A stretch of 64,000 bases of DNA from Octopus vulgaris (Eukaryota), in assembly GCA_951406725.2 (NCBI GenBank), contig OX597824.1, positions 2,852,001 to 2,916,000 of the forward strand. Reading direction: 5' to 3'. Every line of letters starts with the position of its first letter. Positions within the stretch are counted from its first letter, which is position 1. Both the position numbers and the translations under genes were made by a program. The notes beneath the pieces were generated by a model. It was not told the origin of the DNA and did no database searches. It saw nothing but the letters and a program-made list of their open reading frames with translations. Positions 40,060 to 55,056 of the stretch are shown here, one piece after another.

Positions 40060-41250
40060 GTGTTCTCAGCGTCATTTTCAGGAAATAATCTCCTTATGTT
40101 TGTTCAGCTTACTTCCTTAAATGTTGTTTCGTTAAAAAAAGAAAAGTTCCAAAATTTGATTCACCTTTAAACTTCTTTGGGATATGTAAATACTTCTCAA
40201 GAATGAAGCTTTCGACATTTCTTCTCTAATTATATCTATGCATAAGTCTTTCACGAAGATTTAGAGCCAAAGGGTTGCCGACGATATTAAGTTTATTCAA
40301 TAAAAATTCTATAGAATATTCCTTTTTCAGTAAATCTGTATCCTCAGCGCAAATAGCCTTGAAAATAATTTCTACTGGATGCAGAATTCCATATGGTAAA
40401 TCGAGAGATTTCTATTCTTCGTTAACTATGGCATCTGTGGAAAGTACTTCTCGTAGAGCATTTGGAATGCAGCTTTTCAATTTCAAAAATCTCTCAAGCA
40501 TATGGAATGTGCTATTCCACCTAGTTCTGCAATCCAGTATAATTTTATATTCTCTGTTATCAAAGTTCGCTCGAACAAAATCTTGCAAAATTTCATTTTT
40601 TTGCAGGAGAATTACGGAAAAGTTTTGAAACTTTTCTTACTTTATTTAAAACTTTGTTAAATTCAGGTTTTAGCTGGGGAACACAAGACATTTCGTGAAC
40701 CAAATCTGTTTGAAAAAGTATGTCTTTTGGACTTATGTCAGCTTCATCATCACTATCGTCTGTTATAATTGATCTCTTCACTTTTTTTATCAGTCTCATC
40801 TGTTGAGGCAATATTTTCAATATTTCTTTGATAGAGAATGTCGATCACAGACAGATGTATGTAATGTGTTAGACATTGTTGGTGATCATGCCTTATTTCT
40901 TTTCCAAATTTCACCATCATAGAAGCACCATCCGTCGTACAGCCAACAATGTGTATATCCAAATCCAGTCCAAATTCACGAGGTTGTCCTCTCACAAATT
41001 GCTCTGTTCTCCTGCTATTAAGGGAGCCATGGATCTCAATAAGACCCAACGACCAATACTTCTCTTTCCTATGAACATTTATGTTCATATATCGTTTATT
41101 TTGAATTGATGTGTAAGACGATTGTATGCGCTTTTAACGGTTTTCTAATGATTTTACGATTCCAATATTTGTGGCGGACAGACTTTAATTTGAGTAAAAT
41201 GATTTCATTTGATTTCTATTTTACAATATAGTAGTTTTGAAAACCGACGT
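40060..41250 (-). mobile_element. hAT-family transposase remnant
   Basis: IVGCTTDGASMM...CLTHYIHLSV, VRKVSKLFRNSP and IILDCRTRWNSTFHMLERFL motifs; frameshifted. Confidence 0.85.
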
Positions 41251-42437
41251 ATAATCGAGGAATGTCTGTATGGATCAGTCCTCAAAATGGCAGATGATAT
41301 TAAAAAGAAATGGTGATTATATCATTGATTAGATAAATCGCTTTGTGTTTAAAACTTTTGTCATATTTTCGCTTAAAAAACCGAACGAGCATTTCGGCCA
41401 ACCCAGTAATTTTAGAGCTCACTTTTTTGTGATTTATGAAATAAGATGATATCCGTGCAAGTCGCATTGTTGGGTTTTAGTTGTGGGTCCATTCATGCAA
41501 TGATTGGACTGAATGTGTGTTTGAGTAGTTCTTATACAGTGTTTTGTTGAGACCGTAAAATGTGAAGTGGGGAAAAGGAACAGTAAAACTGGAGGTAAAC
41601 CGGACAGCTGTTATTATGAAAACCCGTCAAGAAAGGAATTGATGCCTGTCTGAAAAATGAATTCTGACAGATAGTCCTCTCTACTGTAGACACAGAGTCT
41701 ACACAGAAATATGGTAGAGGCGGGAACTTGTCGATGCTCGACTGGAAGTTATTTCCTCGACACTAAGAAGATAAAAGGCAAGTCAACCTCGGTGGACACA
41801 CAGAAGGAACAGACGGACGAAATGCCGTCAATCATTTTCTTCGGTGCGCTCACGATTCTGCCAGCATGCAATAATAATAATGCATTTTACTATAAGTCAG
41901 AAGACCCGGAATTACGGAGAAGCGGTGTAGTCGATCACATCAGTTCCAGTGCTCAACTAAAAGATTCTGTTCCTCCCCACTGAAAGAATTAAAGGAAAAC
42001 TCGGCCTCGGTGGTGTTTGAACTCAGAACGTACAACAGAGAATATGCTGCTAAATGATTTTTATCCGGGGGCTGTTAACGATTCTGCCAACACCCTGCGT
42101 TACAGTTCTGACATCAGACCCCTTCGTAGTTCTGACAGTTAATAAATTATCTCTGGAATAAAAGGATTTGTAAATGAAAATGAATGAAGGAAAAAAAAAT
42201 GCAGAGAAATACGTAAAGGAGCGCAGGACACAGTATAGAGAAAGAAGGACTAGGAGAGAGTGCAATATAAGAATATATAACAACAGAACACATTGCCTAC
42301 ACACACTTTACTTGTTCGGGTGAAAAGAAAACACGGAATGAAAATAGGAACATTGAAAAGAAGATATAACACTTTATTGTTTATTGTTCATATATATATA
42401 TTTTCATATATTTAATTGTATATATACATATACATAC

Positions 42438-42490
<53 letters not shown>

Positions 42491-42506
42491 CTCTTCTGTA
42501 GAATAT

Positions 42507-42784
42507 TTACAATAGTAATTGGTCAAAATATGTTAAAATTATCAAAAAGAAAGAACTAATCCTCTGGCTGATCAGATCAGAAGCTGTTGAAGCACCTCTT
42601 GCTTCAGTTATAACGTATTGGTAGCTCGATATGTACGTTACACTGTTCTTGACTTCAAAGTCACCGATATGAAATAGTCTAGTATATTCCAGTTGTGGTT
42701 CTATTTTGACAGCATCGAGTATCTGTGGATACAGTAAGAACTGGTAGCGATGGGCTCCAGCGTGCGGATTAGGGGGTTTGTAAG
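42507..42784 (-). CDS. PEBP4-like gene copy D, terminal exon 4 (GxHRY motif, hydrophobic tail)
   Basis: caacag|(P)YKPPNPHAGAHRYQFLLYPQILDAVKIEPQLEYTRLFHIGDFEVKNSVTYISSYQYVITEARGASTASDLISQRISSFFLIILTYFDQLLL*. Not in the ORF track because it has no usable start codon. Confidence 0.92.
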
Positions 42785-43403
42785 CTGTTGAAAGGGAAAA
42801 TAAAAGAAAAATAATTTATATAAACATATGCATATATCATCATTTCTGCTACGAAAATATAAAAGCTACATCCAACTACAAGAATTACCAACGCAACCCA
42901 TAAATTCTTTGTAGATGGGCTGAAGGTTTATGCTAAAATATTTACATTGTCATAAAAACAGTTGAAGTTAACATTTTCACTGAGAAACAGAAATGGAATT
43001 TGGTCGAAAGGAATGTTCATATTTGATTTTTGAACGTGGAAATTCAGTCTCCCAGACTCAAAACCTGTTCATCAACAGTTTCTCTCTATCAATGCTACAA
43101 AAATCTAGGCATTGATGAAAACCTAAACAAAGGTGTTATGGATAAAGACAAAATGGCTGGAGAATATTACGTCTGACTTAGAAAAAATAAAGTAGGCGGA
43201 TAAGAGTATCCGGGGAGGAAATCTGCAGTATGAGTAATGATACACCAGCATTGGGGATAGTTGACTGGTCTGTAAAGAAAATCCTTTGCAGAGACATTAA
43301 AGCCAGTCGTGACATCAACAGGAAACTTACACAGAAACACTGATAGAGACAAACGTGGTCGAGGCTTGAGATCAGTGCAGATGGCGATCGAATGGCCGTA
43401 GAC

Positions 43404-43461
<58 letters not shown>

Positions 43462-43724
43462 TCACTCTTTCTCTCACTCATTTACTCATTTTCTCTCAGA
43501 TAGCACCTGTTAAACAACAGTAAAAGTAAATACATAAACCAAGACCTGTAAAACGAAGAGAGTAGTATCCCAGGAGTCAGCAGTAAACCCTTCAGGAAGC
43601 ATCAACTTCCTGATGATCTCCAGCACAACCCAAAGCAACCGGACTAACATACCCCAAAGAAAACCCGAATGTCAACCATTAATGAAAAAAAGACTGTTTC
43701 GCTTTGCTTTCACCTCCTATACGT

Positions 43725-43793
<69 letters not shown>

Positions 43794-43982
43794 GTATATA
43801 TATATATGTATATGTATATATGTATATATATATATGTATATATATATATAAATATATATATATGTATATATATATATTTATATGTACATATGTATATATA
43901 TATGTGTGTATATATATTTATATGTACATATGTATATGTATATATGTGTGTGTATATATATTTATATGTACATATATATGTA

Positions 43983-44040
<58 letters not shown>

Positions 44041-44263
44041 CGATGAACGATGAACGAGATGAATTTGTTTCTCCATTTTCTTATTTGTATTATAAATTTA
44101 CGGTAAAAATATTTCTTTACTTTCACCCATTTAATACTATAAATGAATTAATTGCATTGCAATTAAAAGCATTTATGTATTAAGAATTTGGGTACTTTAC
44201 CAACACAATATTGGATAACTGATATCCCATAGTGGGTTACATTCATAACCCCTATCTTACTTT

Positions 44264-44298
<35 letters not shown>

Positions 44299-44969
44299 TA
44301 CTTCGTTTTTGCTGGACATGTTACGTCTGTCTTCGTGTTTTACAGTCCCAGTGCTTATGATATTGTTTGGCATTGCTCTGTGGCTTCTATCTACATTTTC
44401 CTGTTGTATTTTTCATTTTAAATGTTCTGTTTATATTTCTGATTTTTTTTTTTTTTGCATTGGGAATATATCTTCGTATGTTAACTAGTTTATTAGGGTT
44501 CATTGCTCTATCCAAATCTTTATCTAGGCTATTTTCCCTCCAGATTCTATATGTATATGTTGTGTGTTCGTTCATTGGGTAGAACACTGCTCTAAAATAA
44601 GCGTTTCAAATAAGATTGAAATATATTCCTCATGTGTCCATTTAGGCTTTTTTTTTTGGGTTTTATTTGCGGGACATGAAGAATAACGTCCGGCTCTTTA
44701 TTTTGATGGTCTTTATTTTCGTAGGATACAGATCCGTCCATTTCTGATGTTAAATGGTTTTGCACGTGTAGCTTTTCGTACTTTTTGTGTAACAAGTTTA
44801 AAGTACGTACTTCCCGATTGTTATCTCTGGGCTGGATAATACAGGTGTTATATAATTTATTTTAAATTTTTTGTGCATGGTGTTTGGGGACGGAGATGGC
44901 TTGGTGTTGATTGGATCGTAATGTGGCGTGCGTGTTTGCACGTATTCTGCATGTTTATATATATATATA

Positions 44970-45011
<42 letters not shown>

Positions 45012-45161
45012 CATGCATATATATACATATATATATATATATACATGTATATATATATACATATATATATATAAATATATATACATATATATATATACAT
45101 ATATACATACATATATATACATATATATATAGACATATATATGTATATATATATATACATA

Positions 45162-45227
<66 letters not shown>

Positions 45228-45436
45228 ATTTAATATAAAATATAAATTACAAAGTGGGACAAGAACGCAAAAACACACAAGGAGACGACACAAAAAACCG
45301 ACGGGTCACTCAAAGCCTCTAATCTTCAGTCGGGAACCGGATCATCTTAGTAATTTCGGCTGTTTATATATATATATATAACCTTGTGAGTGGATTTGGT
45401 AGACGGAAACTGAAAGAAGCCCGTCGTATATATGTA

Positions 45437-45508
<72 letters not shown>

Positions 45509-46519
45509 TTATTAGTGAATTGAAGAAATGGAGTTGAACGAAGATTGAACAGAATTCCTTTTATTGCATTCTACACATGTTTCAAAAGCCACAATTTTCC
45601 AAATTCTGATTAAATAAGGATACCATATTGTGGCTTTCTCTTCAGGAAAATAATCCTTGGAAATAATTTTTGAAAAAGCTTTTTAAGAAATATATGAATA
45701 ACCCTTGCAAGGGGAAATTACTCCCATTAGGCGAATGGTGGTTTGTTTTGGAAGCAAACGCAGGAATTTTTTATATACTCTTAGGATTCTTTGACGACGT
45801 TAATTTTTTGACAAGCAGGCCTAGACGAACACACGAACACAAAAAATATTTTCTGCCGCATGACGAATTTTTCAGCAGTGACCATTATGTAGCGCCTTTT
45901 ACCAACATACGGCCGCGCACACATAGACCAGTACACACATACATGCTTCTAGGTAGTTTCTGTCTCGCCCCCAAGAAATACACCCAGTATTCTTAAAATA
46001 TTCAGAATTTTAGTTTTGGTCACACAGAACATCTCCACACCCCTTGCTCTCACCTACTGGATTTGACCGCCGCCTGACCTGTAAATATCTTCAACGCACC
46101 CACCACCCGATTTCAACGTACATTGATAATCAGTTCAGTCATGGGCTCTTAAAGAGCCTCCTCGTTCAAATTGCTTTGCTGCGCCTCTGTTCTGTTTTGT
46201 TCTGCCAACGGAATTCCTATTTTTTTCCTGAAGAGAAAGCCACAATATGGTATCCTTATTTAATCAGAATTTGGAAAATTGTGGCTTTTGAAACATGTGT
46301 AGAATGCAATAAAAGGAATTCTGTTCAATCTTCGTTCAACTCCATTTCTTCAATTCACTAATAATATTAAAATTCAATTATCTGCACCAACGCACGGTTG
46401 CAACACCAAATGGTTTTATCCCCAACCGTGCTTTCTTCTGCTGTGATTTTTGCTACCAAGGTATCGGTTAAACTTTTGATTAATCTGCAACAAGATTATT
46501 CATCTTTCTTTTTTACCAA

Positions 46520-46520
<1 letters not shown>
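45509..46520. mobile_element. Non-coding Penelope-type terminal remnant with a perfect 142-bp inverted repeat
   Basis: 45509-45650 is the exact reverse complement of 46223-46364. Contains a CTGAAGA...GAAAC hammerhead-like motif and is flanked by (TA)n. Confidence 0.65.
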
Positions 46521-46585
<65 letters not shown>

Positions 46586-46644
46586 ATGTATATATACATA
46601 TGTACATTCATACATACATACATGAATATATATAGATATGTATA

Positions 46645-46680
<36 letters not shown>

Positions 46681-47205
46681 TATGTATTTGTGTGTGTGTC
46701 AGTGTCTGTGTGCGCTCACATTGTGTGTGTGTATACATCCACGAATGCATACATCCATTTATACATATCATTTAATGTACGCAATAGCAGGAAGGTTCAC
46801 CGAACAAAGCACTGATCTTGACAGGCTTTTTACAAACAGGTTTTTACAACACGCCTTGTGTCTCCAAGCAATCCAGAGGCTCTGAGCATATGGTCTATTC
46901 TCTTCAGAAATAGAACGAACCATGCGCTCAGAGCCTGAGATTGCTTGGAGGTACAAAACAAGAAACTATTACCAGCTCGAATCTTTATTCTGTGCAAATT
47001 CAATGATATTTATCTCTCACTGGATCGTGTTTGTATGGCGTAGATTTTTGTTTATTTACTTAACGGAACAACAAATTATATTGATAACCTCACGCGTGCC
47101 CACGCACGCATGCATGCATATATGTATGTATGTTTGTCTTTATGTGTGTATGTATGTATGTACATGCATGTATCACTATTGAGTAACAATGAAAATATTA
47201 CTTAC

Positions 47206-47254
47206 GTATCACGTCTTTTTTATCTGCTGTTACGCCTGCTTTCAGTTGTGTGGG
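47206..47254 (-). CDS. PEBP4-like gene copy D, exon 3 (49 nt)
   Basis: aatttcag|PTQLKAGVTADKKDVI+C|gtaagt. Confidence 0.87.
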
Positions 47255-48090
47255 CTGAAATTATAATTTCATTAAGAATACATTGATACTTACATGCTTC
47301 CATACATAAATACGCACACACAAACATATACTTACGTAATCATATAGAAATGTTTTTGTTGTTGTTGTTCTACCCACAATAGTAATATACATTGAATAAC
47401 GTATCTTCATTTATTCAAGTAGTAGCTGTAATACCCGTCATTGATCGGGTAATTACTTTTACTCTTTCTCGAGGGCCATATTCAAAGTGTTATTATATAG
47501 AGAGATTTACTTCCCCTGTATGTGGGTAAGTTATAAGTAAAAGCATATAATAATTGAAGGAGATAAAAGATCAATCTCATACACAAACTTCTGTTTGTTT
47601 ATTATATGAAAATAATAATTGAGTTGTATGTGTTATTTTAGATATCAATACAGTATTAGCAATTATATAATACACAAGGCTTTGGTCGGTTCGGAGCTCT
47701 AATGAAGGAGAATTGCCCATCGCGCCGCACAGTGGGATTGAACCCAAGGCGACATGGTTGGAAAGCATGCTACTCAACCACAGAGATACGCCTATAAAAG
47801 AGAGATACAGTTTGAATAATATACTCCCTGATACAATTTGCTTAACAAAAACATGCGATGTTTACGGCGAGATGACCTCTGATTTTAATATTTACACGAG
47901 CAACACAACAACTAACAATGCTGTGCTTGATGATATCAGTGATGTCATTGATGTAGATGATGAAAAGAAGTGGGTCCAACACAGTGCCATGTGGAATGCC
48001 ACTACTAATTTTGGCTGGGCTTGATTTTATTCCTTCGACTACAACGTGTCAAGTTCTGTCAGTCAGGAAATACTTCATCCATCGTAGCAT

Positions 48091-48141
<51 letters not shown>

Positions 48142-48971
48142 CATATATATAGCACATATATATATATATATAGCATAAATATATTTATATATATATTTAT
48201 ATACGCACTTGAATATATCATAGATCTTACACGTATTACTATTTTACTACACACACATACACTCACATACAAGCACACACATACACACCCACACACGTGC
48301 ACAATGTCGGATAAATGAAAAGATGCATTCATTTAAAACTAGCCACTGCACATGAACACACATATTTTATCAATTTCAATTCCTATATACATTACTGTTA
48401 ATAATTGAACGAAAACATTATCGAACATATTGCCTCCCCAGTTACTGTAAATATTTATTTAACTCTTCCCCTGATACTACCAACAACCACATACGAATTT
48501 AATGCATTTTCGCCGACAAGAGCTAGTTATATAATCATGAAATTATGACAACATCATTAATTATAAAGAATATGTTTTAAAAGTGTTGAAACCGGTAAAT
48601 TACAGAAATATTTGATTTCTTTCATAATGTTTTAGCGCAGGTTTCAGTGAAATTTCTCAATATTCAGTATGATTTATCAGTTAAACAATTTCTTGAATCT
48701 CTTCGCTATTTATATGTATGTATGTGTGTATTTGCTTGTATTTGTGTGTATGAATATGTGCATCTGTGTGCATGTGTATGCATCTTTGCGTGTATGCATG
48801 TGTGCAAGTGTGTGTATGTGTGTGTAAGTGTGTGTATGTGTGTGCGCGGTGCGTTGCAATTTGTGAAATTATATATGCATATTGGTGCTAACATTGACAG
48901 TTGCGTGTAACGAATGCACATATCTGCATAAAAAAATAATACAGTTACCAAAAAATATCTATTATACTTAC

Positions 48972-49079
48972 GGTGATATGTGTCTTTATCCAATGCGAAT
49001 ACACCATATCCGAATGCGGATATTCGTCCGGATCAACCATGAGCAACATATATTTATGTGCTGGCAGAGTTACATTTGC
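48972..49079 (-). CDS. PEBP4-like gene copy D, exon 2 (canonical MVDPD and HW motifs)
   Basis: ttttattag|ANVTLPAHKYMLLMVDPDEYPHSDMVYSHWIKTHIT|gtaagt, 108 nt. YxLxMVDPD is the PEBP family signature. Confidence 0.92.
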
Positions 49080-49342
49080 CTAATAAAACAATTTTTTTTA
49101 ATTGGGAAAAATTTATTTTATTAAATTATACATACAAACATACGAGCTTATTAGGAAGTTGGCATGCATATATATATAGTGGTTAAGATGTTGCACAAAA
49201 GATCTGGCGATTGTGATTTCAATTGCTAGATCGGATGGTTCATTGCATACTTGAAGAAAATATCTCATCACACGTTAATCTGCGATCACTTACCACGCCC
49301 TCACGCTGTTTCTTTTTGCTCTTAATTTTTTGGATTTATTAT

Positions 49343-49389
<47 letters not shown>

Positions 49390-52300
49390 GTAAATGTGGA
49401 ACGATAAAAATGAGTGCTCTGCACCGCATTGGTGGATAGGATTTCTTTGTTTGCGTGATAAGGCTAACGTTAGTTTCATGTTAAGGGAAAAATAAAAATA
49501 TTTTAATATCTTCATTTCTTTTAGCCGATCAAATGGAGGAATTGTGTTCGTCACCATTTTGGATAAAAGCAGTAAATCTCGTTGAATTCTCGGAGATTCT
49601 CATAAAGGAAACGATAAATCAATGTGCGCTACTCTTGGGTGACATCTTTCGACTGGTTAACCCTCTTGAATTTGACTTTTGGGTAAACAGTCACGTAAAT
49701 GGTAAATTTGTTTGCGCTATCTTATATTATATTCTGGGTGTATATGATATTCTTATTCTTGTGTACTGAGGTAGTTCGTCAAGGGGGAATATTTCTACTG
49801 TGTGTCGAGTACCTGTGTTATGTATATTCCCATTTCTCGTATAAAGAAGGGGCAATCGTGGCGGCATTAGTGGCGCATGTGGTGTGTCCTCATGAAGTGC
49901 TTAAATGTGAAATATTTTTTCAATATGCAGAGCGAGATTTTTATATATATATATATACGTGTGGCGTCTAAGTTGTCTTAATGCGTGTTCTCCCGTGGTT
50001 CTAGTATAGTATATGTGTGGTTTTTCTGATTCTTATGGGTAGCATGTGGTTGTGGTATGTTTTGAGATATATGTTGATTGAGCCTAATATCAGTGATGTA
50101 TTTTATTCGTTGGAAGAATCCACAAGCGGCGAATGCTTGGTTGTAATATGGGGCGTGGTTATTGAGTGGAGGAGAGGTCAGATAAACGAATTGAGATACC
50201 CGTAACTATATTATCAAAGGTGGATTTGTGGTGATTTTAATTAATGTTTAAGTGCTAAAGGTATTGGTTAGGTTTCATATGGGGAATATTGGGAGGTTTC
50301 TAAGATTAAAGTTACGTCTAAAAAATTTGTGGTTTTGTGGGAAATTTTAAAAGTAATAGATAGGCTGAGGTTAGAGAAAAATGTGTGTAGATCTTTCCTA
50401 TTTCGTTCTAAAGAGGAGTTAGTGATGTGTACGTGTGTGTACGTGTGCATGTATGCATGTATACGTGCACACGTTTATGCGTATATGCATGTATTTATGT
50501 GTATGCATGTGTGTGCATATATATGTGTGTATGTGTTTGTGTATGTATGTGTGTATATATGTGTGTATGCATTTATGCGTATGTGTGTGTGTATATACGT
50601 GTATACGTGTGTGTGTGTGTGTGCATGCATGCGTACGGGTTTAAATACGCAATTGCACAGGCTTATATAATTATGCATATGCACATTTATATATACATAA
50701 CTGCGCGTGCGTATATTGTTATGCACTTCTTTCTTTCTTACTCTCTGAAACCTCCATTTCGGAACTTCAGAAGCTTTGTGGGGAACCAGATCATCTCTAC
50801 TCTCACGTTTCCTCAAGCCTGAGAGGGTAATACTGGACAAAGCCCCGGTAATTGGTAAGTTAGCCGAAGATTTTCAATTCTTGTGGCCAATTCATACAGG
50901 ATCCAGAAGTCCGTCCTCATGTAATATCACACAGGCCCACCAGTCTGCGAAAATACAATGAACCGCCTCACCTGATCAACGGTTAAATAGGATTTGCACC
51001 TTAAAAGTAAACTCGGGACTGCAGGAGACAAACAGTAAACTATAAATGAACTAACAATGGTCAACGACAATGCATTACTGTATCTTTCCCATCAAAAAGT
51101 ATGAATCATCAGGCTTTGGTAAGGAGGTCCATGATCGATGATCCCTGTAGGTCCATGATTGGTGACCCCTGTAGGTATCAACCACGAAAGAAAAGGTAGA
51201 GACAGAGAGAGAAAGGTGGGGAAATAAATAACCCATGCTAGCATGGAAATGTACCCGTCACTTGATATACTTATCTGTACTTGTTACGATTATGTTCGGG
51301 TCTTGAAACCCATAATAGTTTTTAGGGACACCAGTGAAACGCCGGTCGCTGTGCAACATCAGAGTAAGTCACTCTTTTGCGCCCGCCCTTCTTGCACCCA
51401 CCGAAAGAACTGAATTTATCATTGTGAACTATGAAAGCGTTCGCCAATGTTACAGTGTCACCAGTGTTAAAGCAGAGATTTGTTTTTACCCTGAAACACC
51501 TATTCGTTTGCTACACGTATTGAATCATTTCATAAAAGCTAAATGTCTTAACCAAAGACATCAAACGGTGATTGTGATAACTAACAATATCTTAACTGCT
51601 TAGCACGGCCAGCTTGCAGAAACGTTAGCACACCGGGCGAAATGCCTGGTGGTATTTCGTCTGTCTTAAGAAGATGAGAAGTTGCAGTATCCCACTCCAG
51701 TTCAAATCAACAAACGTTTTTAAGAAGTATGATCAGCCGTGCTATCCTGGACGAGAGGAAGACACCATTGGACAGTGGCTTTTCATTTACAGAAAGAAGC
51801 AACCTAGAGCAGTGGGCATAACCACATGAAATGTCTCGGCATTTTGCAATGATGTCGCTTAATTAAAGACGATAAATAATGAAGGTTAGTGACTAGCGTA
51901 TACACTTTCGATACTTTTTCTGATTCTCAAAGCGACCAAATGAACCTTGGTCTCTTTCGGTACAACAGGTGTTAAGAAGCACCGTCTGCTCCGGACAAGC
52001 TCTACCGATTCTGGAGTCTTGGCAGTGTCGGGTGTGTCCTATAAACATCAATCATTTATTCATTCTGTATTCTTGTTTTCGTGTTGACATTTTGCACTTG
52101 TCATTTTTGTAGATTTCTCCTCTTTTAACCCGAAATGAATCTCCTACTGTTTTTGTTAATTGTATTTTCATTGTCAACAACATTTTGGGCCCTTGTCACC
52201 AATGGCAGTAATTGTTACACATTGGCAGAATTTTTACAGCATCGTTAAAAAAATGTTTAGTGCAATTTATCCGACTCTTCAGATTTTGAGTAGAAACCCC

Positions 52301-52656
52301 GCCAGGGTTAACTTAGCTTTTCATTCCCTTGGGTTTCGAAATGAATGGAAGCAGCTGTCAAGTAGTGGAATTTGTGTCACCTACTTATCACCTCATCTTA
52401 AAACTGCTGTCGTTGTACTTAATTTAGAAACCATTTGGGTGCCGAACTAGCAGAATTGTTAAAGCATCGAGAAACATGCTTTCCAACTATTTACATTCAA
52501 ATCCCCCACACAGGGTCAACTTTGCGTTTCAGCCTTTCCAGATCGATAAAACAAATAAGCAATCAAGCAAGGGGACGATGGTATCAACTCATCGTCTTTT
52601 CACAAACTGAAGGTCTAAATCAGACAAAATTCTAGTATTATTCATAGATAACCTAC

Positions 52657-52851
52657 CGGAACTTTCACTGTTGGCGCATCCAGGGCATCTCTTTGAGAAA
52701 CGAAGACATTACAGTTTTTGTATATTTCCTTAGGAAGAAGAATCAGCTGCTTATTGGTGCACAATTTATCATTCGCATCTAATGCCAAACTGTGAAAGAC
52801 CATGCAAGAAAGCAGTAGGATCTTTCCTCGGAAAACATTCCAGAAGAACAT
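52657..52851 (-). CDS. PEBP4-like gene copy D, exon 1 of 4 (gene spans 52851-42507; 630-nt CDS, 209 aa, intact)
   Basis: MFFWNVFRGKILLLSCMVFHSLA-LDANDKLCTNKQLILLPKEIYKNCNVFVSQRDALDAPTVKVP|gtaggt. Confidence 0.9.
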
Positions 52852-53358
52852 TATTTCTGCCAATGGAGTTACAACACTGAAGATGTTATAACCGTCGTCC
52901 CTGGTGATTTTGAGGATCAGATTATTTGTAGTTTAGATGCAAATATTTCCGTATATACTGTAATAAATATACTTTGATTTATCTTCAAAATTGTCAACAG
53001 TAGACTTCTATTTGACGTGATCTTTCTCTCCTTGTTTCTAACACATCCGTGCCTTATAGGTATGCTTCTATAAGTGAGTAAGTGTCTAAGTGTGCGCGCG
53101 GTTGTATTTGTTTGATTATGACGTATCAATGTTTTAAATTTGTTAACGTGAAAGTGTGTGCTCTTGTGTATCTTTACATATATACGTGCTTACATACATA
53201 TATACATAAAGACATATAGACAAACGCACATATATAATACTCTCACACGTACGCATGCGGGCACACACACACACTTCACTCTCTAACTTTCTCTGTATCT
53301 ATCTATCATGTATATACATGTATGCAAACACACTCATACACACATATGTATATATGTG

Positions 53359-53484
<126 letters not shown>

Positions 53485-53519
53485 TATATATATGTAGGTC
53501 TCGGAGGTTGTGGGCTCGT

Positions 53520-54425
53520 TTGAAGGAGGGGAGGGGTGGTTAGGGAAGATGTGCAAAGTGGAGGGGTCGGACTCGAGTCGCCGGAATGCTCGGAGAATGG
53601 CGCGTTGGAGAGGTAGCGTGGTGGGGTGGTAGGTGAGGGAAAACGGGAGACAGTGGGGCGGAGGCGGAGGGAGAGAGCAGATGCGGAATGTGCTCTGGCA
53701 AGAGCGGTGTGGATAGTGGTGAGGGGATATCCACGTTGGATGAGTTGAGACTGAGTCTCAAAGTCATGGTCCTCACTACAGAGTCTGCGTAGCGGAGGAA
53801 TTGGGAATAGGGGAAGCTTGGTGTGTTTAGGATTAGAGGAGGAGAAGTTGAGGTATGAGTGTGAGTCTCTGTGTTTGTAGCGGTTGGTGAGAGTGGAGTG
53901 ATGAATGCTGACCGAAATGTCAAGAAATTGGACAGCGGTGTCAGAAATAGTGCAGGAGAAGTGGAGGGCAGGATGGAAAGAATGGACAAAAGAGAGGCAG
54001 AGAGGAAGGAGACGAGATGATCGCGGGAGAACTAGACCGCACCGATACAGTCGTCAATATAACGGCCGTATAGTTCGGGAGAGGAACCAGTCAAACTTGA
54101 GAATATTTGGGCCTCAACGTAGCCAACGAACAGGTTCACATAGTTGGGGCCCATTCTCGTTCCCATGGCCAATCCCGAGGAGTGTTGGTAAAAATTACCA
54201 GCAAACGAGAAGCAGTTCAGCGGGAGGAGAAATTCGGCCAGGCGAACGAGTGTGGAAGTGTCGGGCTGGGGGTTATGTCGAAGGAGGTGTCTTGAAGTTG
54301 GCGGAGAGCTTCTGCCTTGTAGAGGTCCGCGCGCCAACCACCACGGCTCCACCCTTGTCGGCCGGTTTTATAAGGATGTCAGTGTGGCGTCGGAGACATC
54401 GAAGGGCGGAGAGTTCGGCTGGGAG
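53520..54425 (-). mobile_element. Penelope-like RT fragment (GC-rich family)
   Basis: LNCFSFAGNFYQHSSGLAMGTRMGPNYVNLFVG...[10 protein letters not shown]. Confidence 0.8.
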
Positions 54426-54429
54426 ACAT

Positions 54430-54620
54430 TTATTCTTTCATTCTTTTATTTTTTTCAGTCATTTGACTATGGCCATGCTGGAGCACCGCCTTTAGTTGAG
54501 CAAATCGACCCCGGGACTTATTCTTTGTAAGCCTAGTACTTATTCTCTCGGTCGCTTTTATCGAAACCCTAAGTTACGGGGACGTAAACACACCAGCATC
54601 GTTTGTCAAGGGGGACAAAC
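54430..54620. mobile_element. SINE-like fragment
   Basis: TTCAGTCATTTGACTATGGCCATGCTGGAGCACCGCC...GGGGACGTAAACACACC; a related piece occurs on the opposite strand at ~55760-55910. Confidence 0.45.
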
Positions 54621-54637
54621 ATAGACACATAGACACA

Positions 54638-54675
<38 letters not shown>

Positions 54676-55056
54676 TATATACATATATATATTCTGCAGG
54701 CTTCTTTCAATTTCCCGTCTACTAAAACTACTCAGAAGGCTTTGGTTGGACCGAATCTATAGTAGAAGAAACTTGCCCAAGATGCCGGAAGAACCAACAT
54801 ACTCCCAAGTCCAGCATTGCCTCCTAAAGCTACCACATTTTGCCGACAGAACTACTCAAACGATAAAATACGTAGTCCGCAGAGAAGGACTTGACATACC
54901 GATAGTTCACGCGAGCTCTTCCCTGAGAAAAGCTCCGTCCAAGAACAACACTTCTCACTACACCAAGGAGTGCATATTATCGATCTGCCCTGTCAATGGC
55001 CCTCAATTGTGCCATAGGATCTATGTTGTAGTCCTAGTTTCTGTATGCTGAGTATG

